Assembly (NCBI GenBank): GCA_964016885.1
Contig: OZ024745.1
Coordinates: 92,194,001 to 92,258,000, forward strand
Source: Eledone cirrhosa
Lineage: Eukaryota
DNA length: 64,000 nucleotides
Direction: 5' to 3'
The stretch's first letter is position 1. Each line of letters starts with the position of its first letter. Made by a program: the position numbers and the translations under genes. The notes beneath the pieces are model-generated. The model was not told the DNA's origin and searched no databases. It saw only the letters and a program-made list of their open reading frames with translations. Positions 26,106 to 40,806 of this stretch are shown here, in pieces.

Positions 26106-26349
26106 ACTCCCACTCGCTCATACACTCGTACACACACATGTATGTATGTATGTATGTATGTATGTATGTATGTATGTATGTATGTATGTATGTATGCATG
26201 TATGCATGTATGTATATATTATATATGTATATATTATATCTATATGTGTATGTCAGTATATATGTATGCATGCATGTATGTATGTATGTATGTATGTATG
26301 TATGTATGTATGTATGTATGTATGTATGTATGTACACACACACACATGT

Positions 26350-26405
<56 letters not shown>

Positions 26406-26731
26406 AATCCCTTCACAATCATAGAATACAAAGAATACAAAGGGCTTCGCTGAAGTTTCGCCAAAAACACCAATCTTATGCAATCTTTCTTAATTCATCC
26501 AAACACACACACACACAACTACATACACACACGCAACCACACACGCACTCATACACGTATGCGTGTGTGTAAGTATCTATGTATTTAAATATATACACAA
26601 ACATGTCTATATATATATATACATATGTATGTTTTTGTATCTGCATGTATGGTAGATTGACAACAATTCAAGGTTGAGGAAGTTTGGTTGTATACACATA
26701 AATGTGTATAAATATTACACACATACATATG

Positions 26732-26778
<47 letters not shown>

Positions 26779-26973
26779 ATATATATATACATAGTACGTA
26801 CATATTTACATACATACATACATACATATATATATATACCTACATACCTACATATATACATACATAAACATATACAGACATATATACATAAATATATATA
26901 TACATACATACATACACACATATATACATACGTGCATACACATACACATATACATACATACACACACATACAT

Positions 26974-27441
<468 letters not shown>

Positions 27442-27652
27442 CATATATACATATATATATATATACTAGAACTATACATAGGTGTATATATATATAGAGG
27501 GTGTATTATATAACTGGATCCCTAGAATACATACGTTCGCGCGTGTGTATAATTTGTTTATTCAAGTTATGTTGTAGTGAGATCTAGATAAGCTTTAATC
27601 AAATTATTTGGTCATATCTAACTGTACACATACACAAGTGTGTGTAAGTGTG

Positions 27653-27730
<78 letters not shown>

Positions 27731-27897
27731 GTTTGGGGGGTTGGGACTGTGTATCTATATATTTACATACGCAAATGTACTTTAATATATATGTATATAT
27801 AAATATATGTATATATAGATAGATATACATTGCCCATGGTGTGCGCTGAGATACAACCGGTACTGGCATTGATAAATATGGTGGTTCCGTCAACCCT

Positions 27898-27974
<77 letters not shown>

Positions 27975-27976
<2 letters not shown>

Positions 27977-28350
27977 GTATAGTATATTTGGCAATATGGT
28001 GTATGTTTAATTTAAAACATTTAGAAGACCATTCGCTATGAGTTTTAAAGTAGTGACTATATTACTAACTTAATCTCGGGCAAATAAGAAATGAGGGTGA
28101 TCGACAGACAGTCTGTTTCTCGCTTGTGAGCGTTTATCAAGACCACACTCTCAGTTGCCTTTGCCGAGAATTCTAGAAACTGGTGGTCTTGATAAACGCT
28201 CACAAGCGAGAAACAGACTGTTTGTCGATCACTCTTTATTTTTGCCGAGAATAAGTAAGTGACATAGTCACTACTTTAAAACTCATGGTGAATGGACTTC
28301 TAAATGTTTTTAATTAAACATACACCATATTGCCAAATATACTATACATA
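27975..28350. mobile_element. Fold-back Penelope-like insert with two mirrored hammerhead motifs
   Basis: ~27977-28146 is the reverse complement of ~28184-28348; core GGTC-TTGATAA-ACGCT..AGCGA-GAAA-CAGAC T GTYTGTC-GATC. Confidence 0.78.
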
Positions 28351-28368
28351 TATTCCCGTAGACATATA

Positions 28369-28427
<59 letters not shown>

Positions 28428-28515
28428 ATAATAATAAAATTGAAGACTAAAATCCAAAGATCCCGTTAAGGGTGAAAGCAGCGATTCTTTGCTTAAACTT
28501 TAATCTGTTATTTTA

Positions 28516-28582
<67 letters not shown>

Positions 28583-29243
28583 TATAGATATATATATATA
28601 CACATTAAAAGTTGATCTTTGAAACATTAATATAAATTTAAAAAAAGATCATGATGGTAGCTTTAGATATAAATATGAACTCTTCAAAAGACCAAATACT
28701 ATACACATGTATATGTGTATAAATATATAGAGAGATAACTATATACATCATCATCATCATCATCATCGGTGTGTGTGTATATGTGTGTGTGTGTATGTGT
28801 ATGTGTGTGTGTGTGTGTTTGTAATGACGTTTCTATATGGTGGTTTAACGTCTGAAAAGTGGGTATTATACACACATATATATATATACATACATATATA
28901 CATACATACATATATACATACACTCACATACATACATAAATCCATACATACACATATACATACACATATACGCACACACACACACACACATTTCATATAA
29001 GTAGGCCGAATTTGCTTGCAAACCGCCAGAGATTCGATTTTACTAAATTTCCAATTATATATATATATATATATTGGAAAATGTGTGAGATCCTTGGTGC
29101 AGTTAGGTATATTTGAAAAAAAGGAAAAGAATGACTTCACTTGTAGAGTTAAATAATTTGATTTAATTTTTTAATATTATAATATTATAAAATTAAATCA
29201 AATTATTTAACACTACAAGTGAAGTCATTCTTTTCCTTTTTTT

Positions 29244-29301
<58 letters not shown>

Positions 29302-29343
29302 ATGATATTAAATAACTGGAAACTATATTTATAAAACCATATT

Positions 29344-29404
29344 TATTCTATTATATATATTTCAAGGGTACCAAAACTTTGGTACGCTCTCATCAGATAA
29401 AATA
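29344..29404 (-). ncRNA. Type I hammerhead ribozyme
   Basis: Minus strand TTTTAT-CTGATGA-GAG cGTACCAAAgtTTTGGTACc CTT-GAAA-T ATAT ATA-ATAGAA; same family as 50404. Confidence 0.8.
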
Positions 29405-29665
29405 CAAAGTTTGAATTATAAATATTGACATAACCAGGAAAGAAGAACTTAGCGGTTCAAGTTTTTCCTGGATAGTTTAATATCATTGAATATTATACTC
29501 CAGAAACCGTCGAGTGCTTTGAATCTGTTATAAACATTTATATTTGTTGAATTACCAACAAATTGAATATCCCTTTTGCTTATATATATATATATATATA
29601 TTACCCACTCTACAATTCCCAAGAATTGACTACTCTGGTGGATGATGGTCTTTACCACACCCTAT

Positions 29666-29778
<113 letters not shown>

Positions 29779-30080
29779 CAGAAAAGGCATGTCTAAGTGG
29801 TTAAGACGTATGTTCTGGGTTTCTGTCCTGCTATGTGGTAGTGCCATGACACTTCCTCCCAATTTACCATTTATCTATGTTTATGTTTGTCTGTCTGGTC
29901 AGTTTGTTTATATTTCGTAAACTAGCGGTTCGATAAAACTGAGATCGATAAAATAAGTAACAAACTTGAATAATAAATTCTGGTGTCGATAAGTTCGATT
30001 AAATCAAGGCCGTGCCCTAGCATGGCCATAGTTTATTGGTTGAAACAAGTACAAGAATATATATAGATAGATATATAGAT

Positions 30081-30205
30081 ATGTTTCTTTATTAGCCACA
30101 AAAGAAGGGGACAAATACAAAGGGGGAAGTTTACATACAATAAAAACGTGTAAAATATTATCACAAATGCAATTTAAAAATTAGTCGATTTTCCCCAATA
30201 GCGGA
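30081..30205 (-). mobile_element. 3' UTR remnant of the Tx1-like LINE family
   Basis: TTTCTTTATTAGCCACAA...GGGGACAA...TTCCCCAATAG resembles the 3' ends at 1229 and 8838. Confidence 0.6.
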
Positions 30206-30344
30206 TAGATAGATAGATAGATAGATAGAGAGAGAGTGAGGGGGAGACATAGATAGATAGAGGGGTAGATAGATTGATAAAAAGATAGATAAAGAGAGAG
30301 AGAGGAGTGACACAGTGAGGAGAGAAAGAGGAATAACACAGACA

Positions 30345-30435
<91 letters not shown>

Positions 30436-30589
30436 TCGCTATATAGTTATTATATCTTATAAACCACCCTGAGATGCTTTAAGTGTGGATGACATGATTC
30501 ATCCTATATTTTAGTGACTAACTTTGGTAAGAAATCTGGCATTATTAGAGGAAACGTGTCATTTCTTTTAGTTTACGTTTAGTACTCTA

Positions 30590-30885
30590 AATATTTCCTA
30601 AGACATGTAAGTTTTGAATATTTTATATTTCCCCCAAAATGTAAATTTTATATATTTCATATTTTTCCCAAATTATAAATTTTATATATTCTGCATTTCT
30701 CCCAAAATTGTAAATTTTATATATTTTACAATATTTCTCCTAAATTGTAAATTTTATATATTTTATAATATTTCTTCCAAAATGTAAATTTTATATATTT
30801 GCTAATATTTCCGAAGAAATATGTGTTTTGTATATTTTCTAATATCTCCCAAGAAATATAAGTTTTGTATATTTTCTACGTTTTA
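30590..30885. repeat. AT-rich degenerate minisatellite (~32-34 bp unit, AAATGTAAATTTTATATATTT...)
   Basis: Direct reading of repeated units. Confidence 0.7.
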
Positions 30886-30947
30886 TAATACTTACTTTAC
30901 CTTTGTATGTCTTCATTGGCGTTTATTTGTAAATATCTATATTATGA

Positions 30948-31068
30948 TCTGAGTTCAAATCCCGCCGAGGTTAACTTTGCCTTTCATCCTTACGGGGTCG
31001 ATAAAATAAAGTACCAGTAATGCACTGGAATAATTGCTGGCCTTGTGCCAAAAGTAGAAACAATTATT
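30948..31068 (+). mobile_element. SINE family 2
   Basis: Near-identical to 24645-24765. Confidence 0.8.
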
Positions 31069-31239
31069 AAGAGTGTATGTGTGTATATATGCGTGCATGT
31101 GTGTGTGAGAGAGAGTACATGTGTTTGTATGTGTGTATGAGTGCATGTGTGTGTGTTTATTGTCACAAGTAAAAGACTTAGCTTTCTCTATGTTAATATG
31201 GGCAACTCCGTACAACAAACACTAAATTGTAAACAAACA

Positions 31240-31825
31240 CAATACACAGCACACACACACACGTACACACTTGTACAAACATACCTGCACACACACAGTA
31301 CAGAGCGCGTGGGCGCGCACACACACACACACATACCTGCACACACACACACACACACTTGTACAAACGCACACATACCGGCACACACACACCTGCACAC
31401 ACACACGAATACACACAGACACAAACATGCTTGCGCGCGCACACACACACACCTACTCACACATACACATATACCTGCACACACACACACACACTTGCAC
31501 ACACACACGAATACACACAGGCGCAAGAACACAAACATACTCGCACGCACACACACACACACACTCACACGCACGAATACACACAGGCACAAGCACACAA
31601 ACATGTTCGTGCGCGGACAATTACACACATACCTGCACACACACACACACTTGCACACCACCACACGCAAATGCGCACGCACGAACATATACACGTTTGC
31701 ACACAAACACGCTCGTACGCCCATACACTCACGCATGCATATGCGCACGCACGAACATATACACGTTGGCACACACATGCACATTCTCACACACACACCA
31801 CGCGCGCACATGCGCACACAAAGCA
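31240..31825. repeat. Degenerate CA-rich simple repeat
   Basis: Direct reading. Confidence 0.85.
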
Positions 31826-31929
31826 TGTTTCTCTTTTGTTTGTCTTAAAATCTGTAAACTTTCTGAGTGACATTAAGAAATCACTTATGCACACATGAAT
31901 ATATACACACACACACATATATATATATT

Positions 31930-31980
<51 letters not shown>

Positions 31981-33066
31981 GATGGCTGCCCCCTCGTTAT
32001 CGAGTATGGCCATTGCACGATATAACATTATTAATAATTATTAATTAATTCTATCGTGCAATGCCTGTGTGTGAAGATTCTTTTTAAAGTGAGGAAAGAC
32101 TGTGCACTGAACCAATCCCACTCTCTGAGCGACAGTAGCTATAACCCGAAAAGAAGAAAAGATCAACATCATCGGTAACTACTGAGCCTTTGTCAGGGCA
32201 TTCTTCTAGGAGAAGACAACTCAGGAAACTGGGATAACTCCGATATAAACATATATATATATATACATACAGGTTGCCAACTCGTTTTCGAGTACGGCCA
32301 CTACTTTATATCCATGTAGGAGAACCCCTACCGATGCGCTGAACGAGTGTGACTTTTTAGTCCAGCCAGCGACTTGAAAACTGGTACAAACACTACACTT
32401 GTGACAATTACTGACATTAGTGCTGGGCCCATGGTACCATGTGATGACAAGTGCAGAGAGATCTCCAGATATAAAGCAATGCCTGTGCCCTGAAGCTTTT
32501 ATAGTGAGCAAAGGCACTGCACAAAGCCAGTCCCACTCTCTTAACCAAGACGATATTTACCAAAAAGAAGAACAAGTCAACGTCAATGGATACCATCAGG
32601 GTTGCAGGTGTTATATCAGAGTTTTCCTTCTAGAATTCTGCCTTGACAAAGGCTAAGGGGTCATCTCTCCCGGTGATTTTGGATGGCCATTGACTCTTAA
32701 GAGCTCCTTTGCCCTTTGACAGGTTTTGTTTTTAGTCCTGCAGGATGTCCAAAGTCACCCTCCTCACCAAGAAACCTTGGTGGGGTTGCCAGTTTAGTCG
32801 CCAACGACCCGACCATGGGACAGGTTGTACTGGGATACATGTTAGCAGTAGCACCAACTGGTGACCTGATATATATATATCTATATATATATATACATAC
32901 ACACATACATATATATGCATATACATACACACATCATACATATACACACATGTACATACACATAGATATATATACACATACATATACATACATATACACA
33001 CATACATACATATACACACATATACATACGTGTACATACACATACATACATATACACACACATACG

Positions 33067-33126
<60 letters not shown>

Positions 33127-34409
33127 CACATACGTATATATATATATATATCTACATAGACATACATATATATATATGCATACATATATATACATACACA
33201 TACATGTATATAAACACACACACATACATATACATACACATACATACATATACACACACATACGTATATATACATACACATACATACATATACACACACA
33301 TACATACATATACATTATTCGTTTGTCCGTCCGGATAATCCATATGGATGATGACTCACGGATGTGTCCCTATATTGTTCGCTAGTTATACAAACACACA
33401 CACACACACTTACACACGCATACACACACACACACATACACACGCACACACACATGCACACACACACGCACGCACACACATACACAAACGCACACTCACT
33501 CACACACACATGCACACGCACATATACACACACACATGCACATGCACACACATACACACACATACACACATACACATACACACATACATTCACACACACA
33601 TGCACATGAATACATATACATGTATACACACAATAATACACACACACACACACACGCACACACATACGCACACATACATGCACATACATACACATTTCAC
33701 ACACACACATACACACAATAATACACACACACATGCACACACATGTGCACGAATACACACACATACATACACCTCCATACACACATACAAACGAATACAC
33801 ACACATACATGCACATACATACACACAGACACACACAAATAAATGGATATATATGTGTATGGCCTAGTGGTTAGAGTGTTGGACGTACGATCATAATGTC
33901 ATGTGTTCGATTCCTAGACTAGTTCGCGTGAACTTACTTTTCTTCAGCAAAACATTTCATTTCACCTTGTTTCACTCAGTTGGGGGTTAACCCTACGAGG
34001 GGCTGGTGTCCAGTCCAGGGGGAAGTCTTATACTCTCAGTTTCTTAACGCTGATAAAAAATGAAACCGAGAATAAGCACGGGTCTAATATCTTGGAATAG
34101 GTTTGAATGTTAGGATTTGAAAAAACCCTCTGAATGGAAAAAAGGATGGGGCACGAACCTACATCTTCGGAGGGTTTTTTAAAGAGTTTTTTTTTTAAAT
34201 CTCAACTAATAGACTAATTTTATTTAGTCAAATACGTTACTACCTATTTTCAAATTCGCTAGCTGTTTGTAAACAAAGCCTGCTTTGTGTCTCCTCCCCC
34301 CCTCAGGTGTTCAGGTAAAGACTACTAAAGGTAATGTTGGCCTCATCACTTCTGTTGTAGACTTATTTCATTGTCAGTTTGGACGATTATTGAAAGAGAG
34401 AGAGAGAGA

Positions 34410-34502
<93 letters not shown>

Positions 34503-35199
34503 GTCAAGGTATGTGAACCTGTCAACTAGCAGTTGAATCTGTTCCTTGAGCGCTATTGTAAGAACCACGTACTCCTTATATGAGGTTGGTTGGAACATAA
34601 CTTCAGTTGTATAAAGGAATATATTTCTTTTACATATATACATATATAACATTATGAGTTGCTCACAATTCTTTTAGAATGGAAATATATACACAAGTAT
34701 AAACACGTATAACAAATACTATTGCTAGGAACCTCACAAATACAACACCACTCCCACCACCACCACCATCACCACCCCCATCCACAACCACCCCCATCAC
34801 CACCATCATCACCATCACCATCATCACCATCACCGCCATCATCACCCCTCCCCCATCACCACTACCACCACCAGCACAACCACCACCACCACCACCACCA
34901 CCACTATCACCACCATTATCACCACACCACCATCATCATTCTCATCACCATCACCACTATTATCACCACACCACCATCACCACTCTCATCAACACCACCA
35001 CCACCACCCAGAGCGAAAAAAGAAAAGAAAAGGGGGAAAACAAGGATAAAAACGGCCACCAATTCAGTACCAAGTACGACAAACGGCCGCACACTACAAG
35101 CAGAGACATAACTAGGGAAAATAGCGCCTATAGCAAGCAGTGAAATTGCGCCCCTGCCTAGCACAGTATTTTTACCAATGGTAATAATTATGTAACATA

Positions 35200-36912
35200 T
35201 AATTATGTAACATATTTTTTGTTCCACGGTTCTAAGTGTCATTTCCTGGTTTGTTATATCCCATTATTATAAAAAACACTATTATTTAATCAGAAGTTTG
35301 GGTTTATTGTCAGGAGTTTGATATTTCGAAAGTTTCATATTTTTCAAGAAAAAACACATTAAAAAAAATTTATCAGTTCATATAATTAAATCAACAGAGT
35401 ATATATTTATTTTTATTACACAAGCTTATCAAAAGCAAACAAGTAAAAACAAATAACACTTATAAAGCAACTTATACACATCAGAAATGACTGGATTTCC
35501 TGGATTTGCAGTTGTAGTCCAGGTCGCATTCTCGCACTAGCCCCCAGATATAGTCCCCCATCATTTTTTCATTGTAGTGGCCCTGGTACTTCCGCGCTAT
35601 CTCTTTCACATCTGGTGGAATCGTTCGCCTTGTTTTTCTGAGTAGGCGCCCATATTGTCCTTGAATTTTTCCAGGTGAGCGTCCAGCATATGGAGTTTAA
35701 GAGACATCCTGCATCCCATGGCGCCAAAAGCCTTTATCAGATCCTGCACCAGTTGCTGGTAGTTTTCAGCTCTGTAGTTGCCCAGGAAGCCCTTAACAAC
35801 TGCCTTGAAACAGTTCCATGCTGTTCTCTCAATCCTATTGAGCTTATTGGAGAACTCGGTAGACTCAAACACCTTCTTTATCTGAGGTCCAACAAAAACT
35901 CCACCTTTGATTTTGGCCTCAGATAACTTGGGGAAGAACTTAAGAAGGTACTTAAAAGCAGCTGATTCTTGGTTGAGAGTCTTCACAAACAGCTTCATCA
36001 ACCCCAACTTAATGTGCAGTGGCGGCATGAGCACAATCCTGGGATCAACCAGTGGCTCCCACATGACGTTCCGGGTCCCAACTACAAATTCTGTTCGCTG
36101 CTCCCAGTTCTTTCTTTTGTCCCAAAGGCAGAGGAAGCATTGGAATTTGATAAAGCCTCCTTGGAATCCAAGCAGGAAAGCCACCATCTTGAAGTCTCCA
36201 ATGATTTCCCAATTCTATTGCAGAGCTTCCAAGAGGACTTTCACACTGTAGTAATCTTCCTTCAGGCAGACTGAATGAGCTAGGGGCAGTGTCGGGAACT
36301 TGTTTCCATTGTGGAGGAGGATAGCCTTCAAACTTGTGGTGGAGCTGTCTATAAATAGCCGCCACTCCTTGGGCACAAACGGCACCCCCAATAACGTCAA
36401 ACAGTCCAGGCACGTCATGGTAGAAGCAGAGGCCGTCCCTAAGAGTGTAAAAGCCTGAGAATCGTGTCGACTTCTCTGACTTGTCACCTGCACTTCCTCC
36501 TTGACCAAGTTCCACTGCTTCATCCTGGAGACGAATGCTTAAAACACAACTTACCCTTTATTCAGGGTGCGAAAATCCAGTATCAATAAATCTCTTTAAT
36601 CCACTTTTTAACAATTTTATACTTTATTGCACTTTTATAATTTTCTTTAGGTATTACTCTTTATTTTATAATTTTAATTTAACCTGAAACATAATATAAA
36701 AAAATCATTTAACATAAGCAAATTAAATTTACATACAACGTAAAATCCAGCATACGAATAATTCTAGTGAATAGCTTAGAATTTTTACAAACCCAAACTT
36801 TTAACTGTTTAATAGCACTTTTTTTTTTTTATTTATTTGGGACCTAAGCAACACAAAAAAGCGATTACAAGCCAGGAACAGAGAAACATTTTTTTTTTTT
36901 GTTACACGGTGT
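35200..36912 (-). mobile_element. Chapaev3-like (CMC superfamily) DNA transposon, internally deleted
   Basis: Terminus CACCGTGTAACAAAA at ~36911 and degenerate counterpart ...ATGTTACATAAT at ~35200; transposase motifs inside. Confidence 0.68.
35480..36530 (-). pseudogene. Transposase catalytic region, frameshifted
   Basis: WRLFIDSSTTSLKAILLHNGN, GFIKFQCFLCLWD, PPLHIKLGLMK, FPKLSEAKIKGGVFVGPQI, MSLKLHML, QGERFHQ. Confidence 0.85.
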
Positions 36913-36929
36913 AATTTATATAGATGGTT

Positions 36930-37380
36930 TAATGATCCAGCCACCATAGTGTTCTCACCCATGATAGAGACAGATCATACATCTGAAGGAATTTCTTTTT
37001 TCACTCTCCGATAAGGCTTATTTGACGTTAATAGAACGTGCTCCTAGTCCAAGTGGCGCCCCCTTCATATGGCGCCTATGGCACGTGTCAAGCTTGCCAT
37101 ATCCAAGTGACTACAAGGGTCTACTTTATGCTGATGGTGAGGCTGGTTACGGTATGTAGAGGAGGGTCAATTCATGTAATGTTGTATCTCAGACTCTGTA
37201 CTTTCACTGAGAGCTCAGTCATCCTCAAACAGGAATTCACACACCGAGTCTTTCTTCACCTTGGTTCCTGTTTGTAATCAACATCAGTTGAAAAGCTTAG
37301 CGTCACTGCTTTAGAGTATGACGAAATTATCATCCTTGTCATGGAATATGTCAGTCAGCAAAACTGAAAACATTAAAACA
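36930..37380 (-). pseudogene. Highly decayed RTE (BovB-like) RT fragment
   Basis: Minus strand SDAKLFN...LQTGTKVKKDSVCEFLFEDD*AL..TESEIQ resembles the RTE pattern DGKLFN..LQAKTKV....LLFADDCAL. Confidence 0.6.
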
Positions 37381-37590
37381 TCATGCTGAAAAGCTCGCGT
37401 GCCAGTACACAACCTTGTTTTATCCATACACACATGCAAGTGTGTGAGAATGTAAATAGAAGCAAGCTATACCATCGCTTCACCAATGGTAAAAGCGTGA
37501 ACAGTAAGGGAGGGCGTTCTCTGGCGTGCAGAACCCCAGGTGCAAGCCGCCTCGTGGTACCATGGCTTCGGCCTCCCCATCTCTCTCTCC

Positions 37591-37629
<39 letters not shown>

Positions 37630-37630
<1 letters not shown>

Positions 37631-37972
37631 TTATTAAAATAATAGATTAAAGTTTAAGCAAAGAATCGCTGCTTTCACCCTTAACGGGATTTTCTGAAAC
37701 TAACAAAGTCAATCTGTGAACGCAGAAGTCTTTGCGTGTAATTGTTTTTCACCGCTCCAAATAATGACGTATTATATTCGTTTTTTCCCGTTCTTTGCCA
37801 GGGAACGTTTCCACGAACCAAAGTATCGTCTTCCTGTCTTCCTCCGGTTGCAACGTTTTTTGAAATATCCAGTTCTGCGTTCACAGATTGACTTTGTTAG
37901 TTTCAGAAGATCCCGTTAAGGGTGAAAGCAGCGATTCTTTGCTTAAACTTTAATCTGTTATTTTAATAAATA
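37630..37972. mobile_element. Fold-back insert in (TA)n with a variant hammerhead (37899-37949, +)
   Basis: ~37630-37726 mirrors ~37873-37972; AGTTT-CAGAAGA-tCCC gttaa GGGt-GAA AGCA..TGCT T-AAACT; related pieces at 28460, 43160 and 57620-57730. Confidence 0.7.
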
Positions 37973-37990
37973 TATATATATATATATATA

Positions 37991-38555
37991 TTAAGATAAG
38001 CAGAACAAGTAAAATTCAATCAATTTTTCAAAATACATTACAAAAAAATATAATATAAATATTTACCTCTTCTAGTGGCCCTTACTGATCAGTTTCGCTT
38101 TGTAAAACCTCATAAATCCGATGGATTTATGATGGAAAACCAAAGCTCATCAGAGAAGCATTTTCCCTTCCTAGGGCTAAACGTCCCAGGAACGACAAAA
38201 TATACAACCTCCTGCCAGCTAATAAAGGTCTGAAAGGTCGTAAAATTGACCCGTATGTAAACTGGACCGAAGTAAAAGCGGGAAAATCAAAGACTTGCTG
38301 TCTACAATTACTACTAAAAAAATAGCAGCCAAGTAGAGCAACAGATTTGTTCTCAACGGACGGAGAAAAAGGTAGAAGTTAATATGTCCAGGGATACTAG
38401 GTACCCCTAGAAATACATAGGTTGTCTATGATTCAAGGTTGTTCAATGGTGTTAATTTGATACACCAGAACTTTAATATTAAGATAAGCAGAACAAGTAA
38501 AATTCAATCAATTTTTCAAAATACATTAAAAAATATAATATAAATATTTACCTCT
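37991..38555 (-). mobile_element. Partial-tandem non-coding element with ~75-bp direct terminal repeats and a hammerhead
   Basis: TTAAGATAAGCAGAACAAG... at 37991 and 38479 (period 488); flanked by (TA)n. Confidence 0.75.
38078..38158 (-). ncRNA. Type I hammerhead ribozyme with extended stem II
   Basis: CTGATGA-GCTTTG..TCATAAATCC atc GGATTTATGA..CAAAGC-GAA ACTG AT CAGT A; GUA triplet. Confidence 0.85.
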
Positions 38556-38869
38556 ATATATATATATATATATATATATGGGTAACAAGTTATCGTTATA
38601 GGTAATCCAGTTAGAGGTTGTGAGTACTCTGCGTCGTGGATAGTTTTAACGTACGGTTTTGTTTAACTCAACAAGTTGTTTCCATAGTCAAGCAGCGAGT
38701 TCGCGATAATTCCTATGTAGGTTATACTTGGAGTAATAATAGTGAAAGAACGAAGAGTAACATGGTTGGCTGTACAAAAAAGGGCTTTATTTCAGGTATT
38801 GACAATTGTTTCATTGATCAGGTGAGTCTAGAGGTCGCTAATCCCTTGAAGTTGCGTCACTCGATCTCC

Positions 38870-39058
38870 ATTACATTGGCAGTATCGGTAGAGGGTCGGA
38901 CGCCATGCTTTGACGCATAGAGTTACGGTCCCTGCCATTCTGAGTTAAAATCCCGCCGAGGTTAAGTTTGCCTTTCATCCTTACGGGGTCGATAAAATAA
39001 AGTACCAGTAATGCACTAGGTAATTGCTGGCCTTGTGCCAAAAGTAGAAACAATTATT
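38870..39058 (+). mobile_element. SINE family 2, inserted within a hammerhead-bearing element
   Basis: Family body plus 5' GGCAGTATCGGTAGAG head; flanks are two halves of a hammerhead. Confidence 0.78.
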
Positions 39059-39545
39059 TACCTCTGACCAACTCATCAGAATACAAAAATACAAAAAAGC
39101 CCCTTGTACAGCCAACCATGTTACTCTTCATTCTTTCACTATATATATATATATAAATACAAATATAAATTATCGAGAATCGCATTTCGGCCCACGAAAT
39201 AACGAAAATCAACCTCCGAGATGTGTGGCAAGTGCTCAATGATTCAGATGAACCAGAGCTATAACAAACGTTAAAGGCCAAACACACTGAGACGATGGTT
39301 AAACAATCATCCGCACAACCAAAAAAAAACGACCAAGTAATTCGGGTCAAGCAAATAAAAAATATATGTGATTGAAAATTTACCCGGACCCCTGGAAGGT
39401 TGGTAAAATCCAGCATTTGGGCTGCCTGTCTCTACCCCCTTCCCTCCGTTTCTCTCGTTCTCTCTGTGCTTGCTTGTCTGTCTCTGACTCGCTCTCCGTC
39501 TGTCCCTTTCTGTACTTGTCTGTCTGTCACTCACTCACTCCCGCC

Positions 39546-39592
<47 letters not shown>

Positions 39593-39721
39593 TCTCTGTC
39601 TCTCCTCCCTCCGCCTGTCTCTTTCTCTGCTTGTCTGTGTGTCTCTTTCTCCCTCTCCCTCGGTCCGCTGCCCCTCTTTCTTTCTGTGCTTGTCTGACTT
39701 TCTTTTCAATAATAATTATTA

Positions 39722-39763
<42 letters not shown>

Positions 39764-40046
39764 CGCGTGTGTGTGTGTAAGTGTGTTTCTGGACAATTGC
39801 AAAACATCGCAACTCCATATGATATAAGTCCGGACAGTGGGGAAGAACGATTTCTGGTGTCCAGAACCCCAGGCAAAACACAAGCCATCTTGTGTTTCCA
39901 GTGGACAGAATAGAGAAAGCGTTAGGCTGGAGAATAGCGAGGGGGGGGGGGGCGTTGAAATAGCCATTAAAACCTCAAGGGCCTCAATCCAGCGGGTGGT
40001 CAACTCTGCTGCTACAGGTTCAACGACAAACTTATCGGAGAACTAT

Positions 40047-40048
40047 CG

Positions 40049-40101
<53 letters not shown>

Positions 40102-40806
40102 GGTGGTGTTGATGGTGGTGGTTGTGGTTGTGGTGGTTGTGGTTGTGGTGTTGGTGGTGGTTGTGGTTGTGGTGGTGGTTGTGGTGGTGGTGGTGGTGGT
40201 GGTGGTGGTGGAGGTTGTGGTTGTGGTTGTGGTGGTTGTGGTTGTGGTGTTGGTGGTGGTGGTGTTCGTAGTGGTGGTTGTGGTGGTGGTAGTAGTGGTG
40301 GTGGTGGTAGTTGTGGTGGTGGTCGTAGTGGTGGTGGTGGTGGTTGTGATTGTGGTGTTGGTGGTGGTTGTGGTGGTGGTGGTGGTGGTTGAGGTGGTGG
40401 TTGTGGTTGTGGTGGTTGTGGTGTTGGTGGTGGTTGTGGTTGTGGTGTTAGTGGTGGTTGTGGTTGTGGTGGTGGTTGTGGTGGTGGTGGTGGTGGTTGT
40501 GGTGGTGGTGGTGGTGATGGTTGTGGTGGTGGTGGTTGTGGTTGTGGTGGTTGTGGTGGTGGTGGTGATGGTGGTGGTTGTGGTGGTGGTGGTGGTGATG
40601 GTTGTGGTGGTGGTGGTGGTTGTGGTTGTGGTGGTTGTGGTGGTGGTGGTGGTGGTGGTGATGGTGGTGGTTGTGGTGGTGGTGGTGGTGATGGTTGTGG
40701 TGGTGGTGGTGGTTGTGGTGGTGGTGGTGGTGATGGTTGTGGTGGTGGTGGTGGTTGTGGTGGTGGTGGTTGTGGTGGTGGTGGTGGTTGTGGTGATGGT
40801 GGTGGT
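40047..40806. repeat. (GTT)n then mixed (GGT/GTT/GAT) trinucleotide tract
   Basis: Direct reading; source of the poly-T/P/V/H ORFs. Confidence 0.95.

Noticed and set aside
39830-40045. Possible host exon (minus-strand TRWIEALE, PH-helix-like)
   Set aside because: Short match only, stop codon nearby, no other supporting exons
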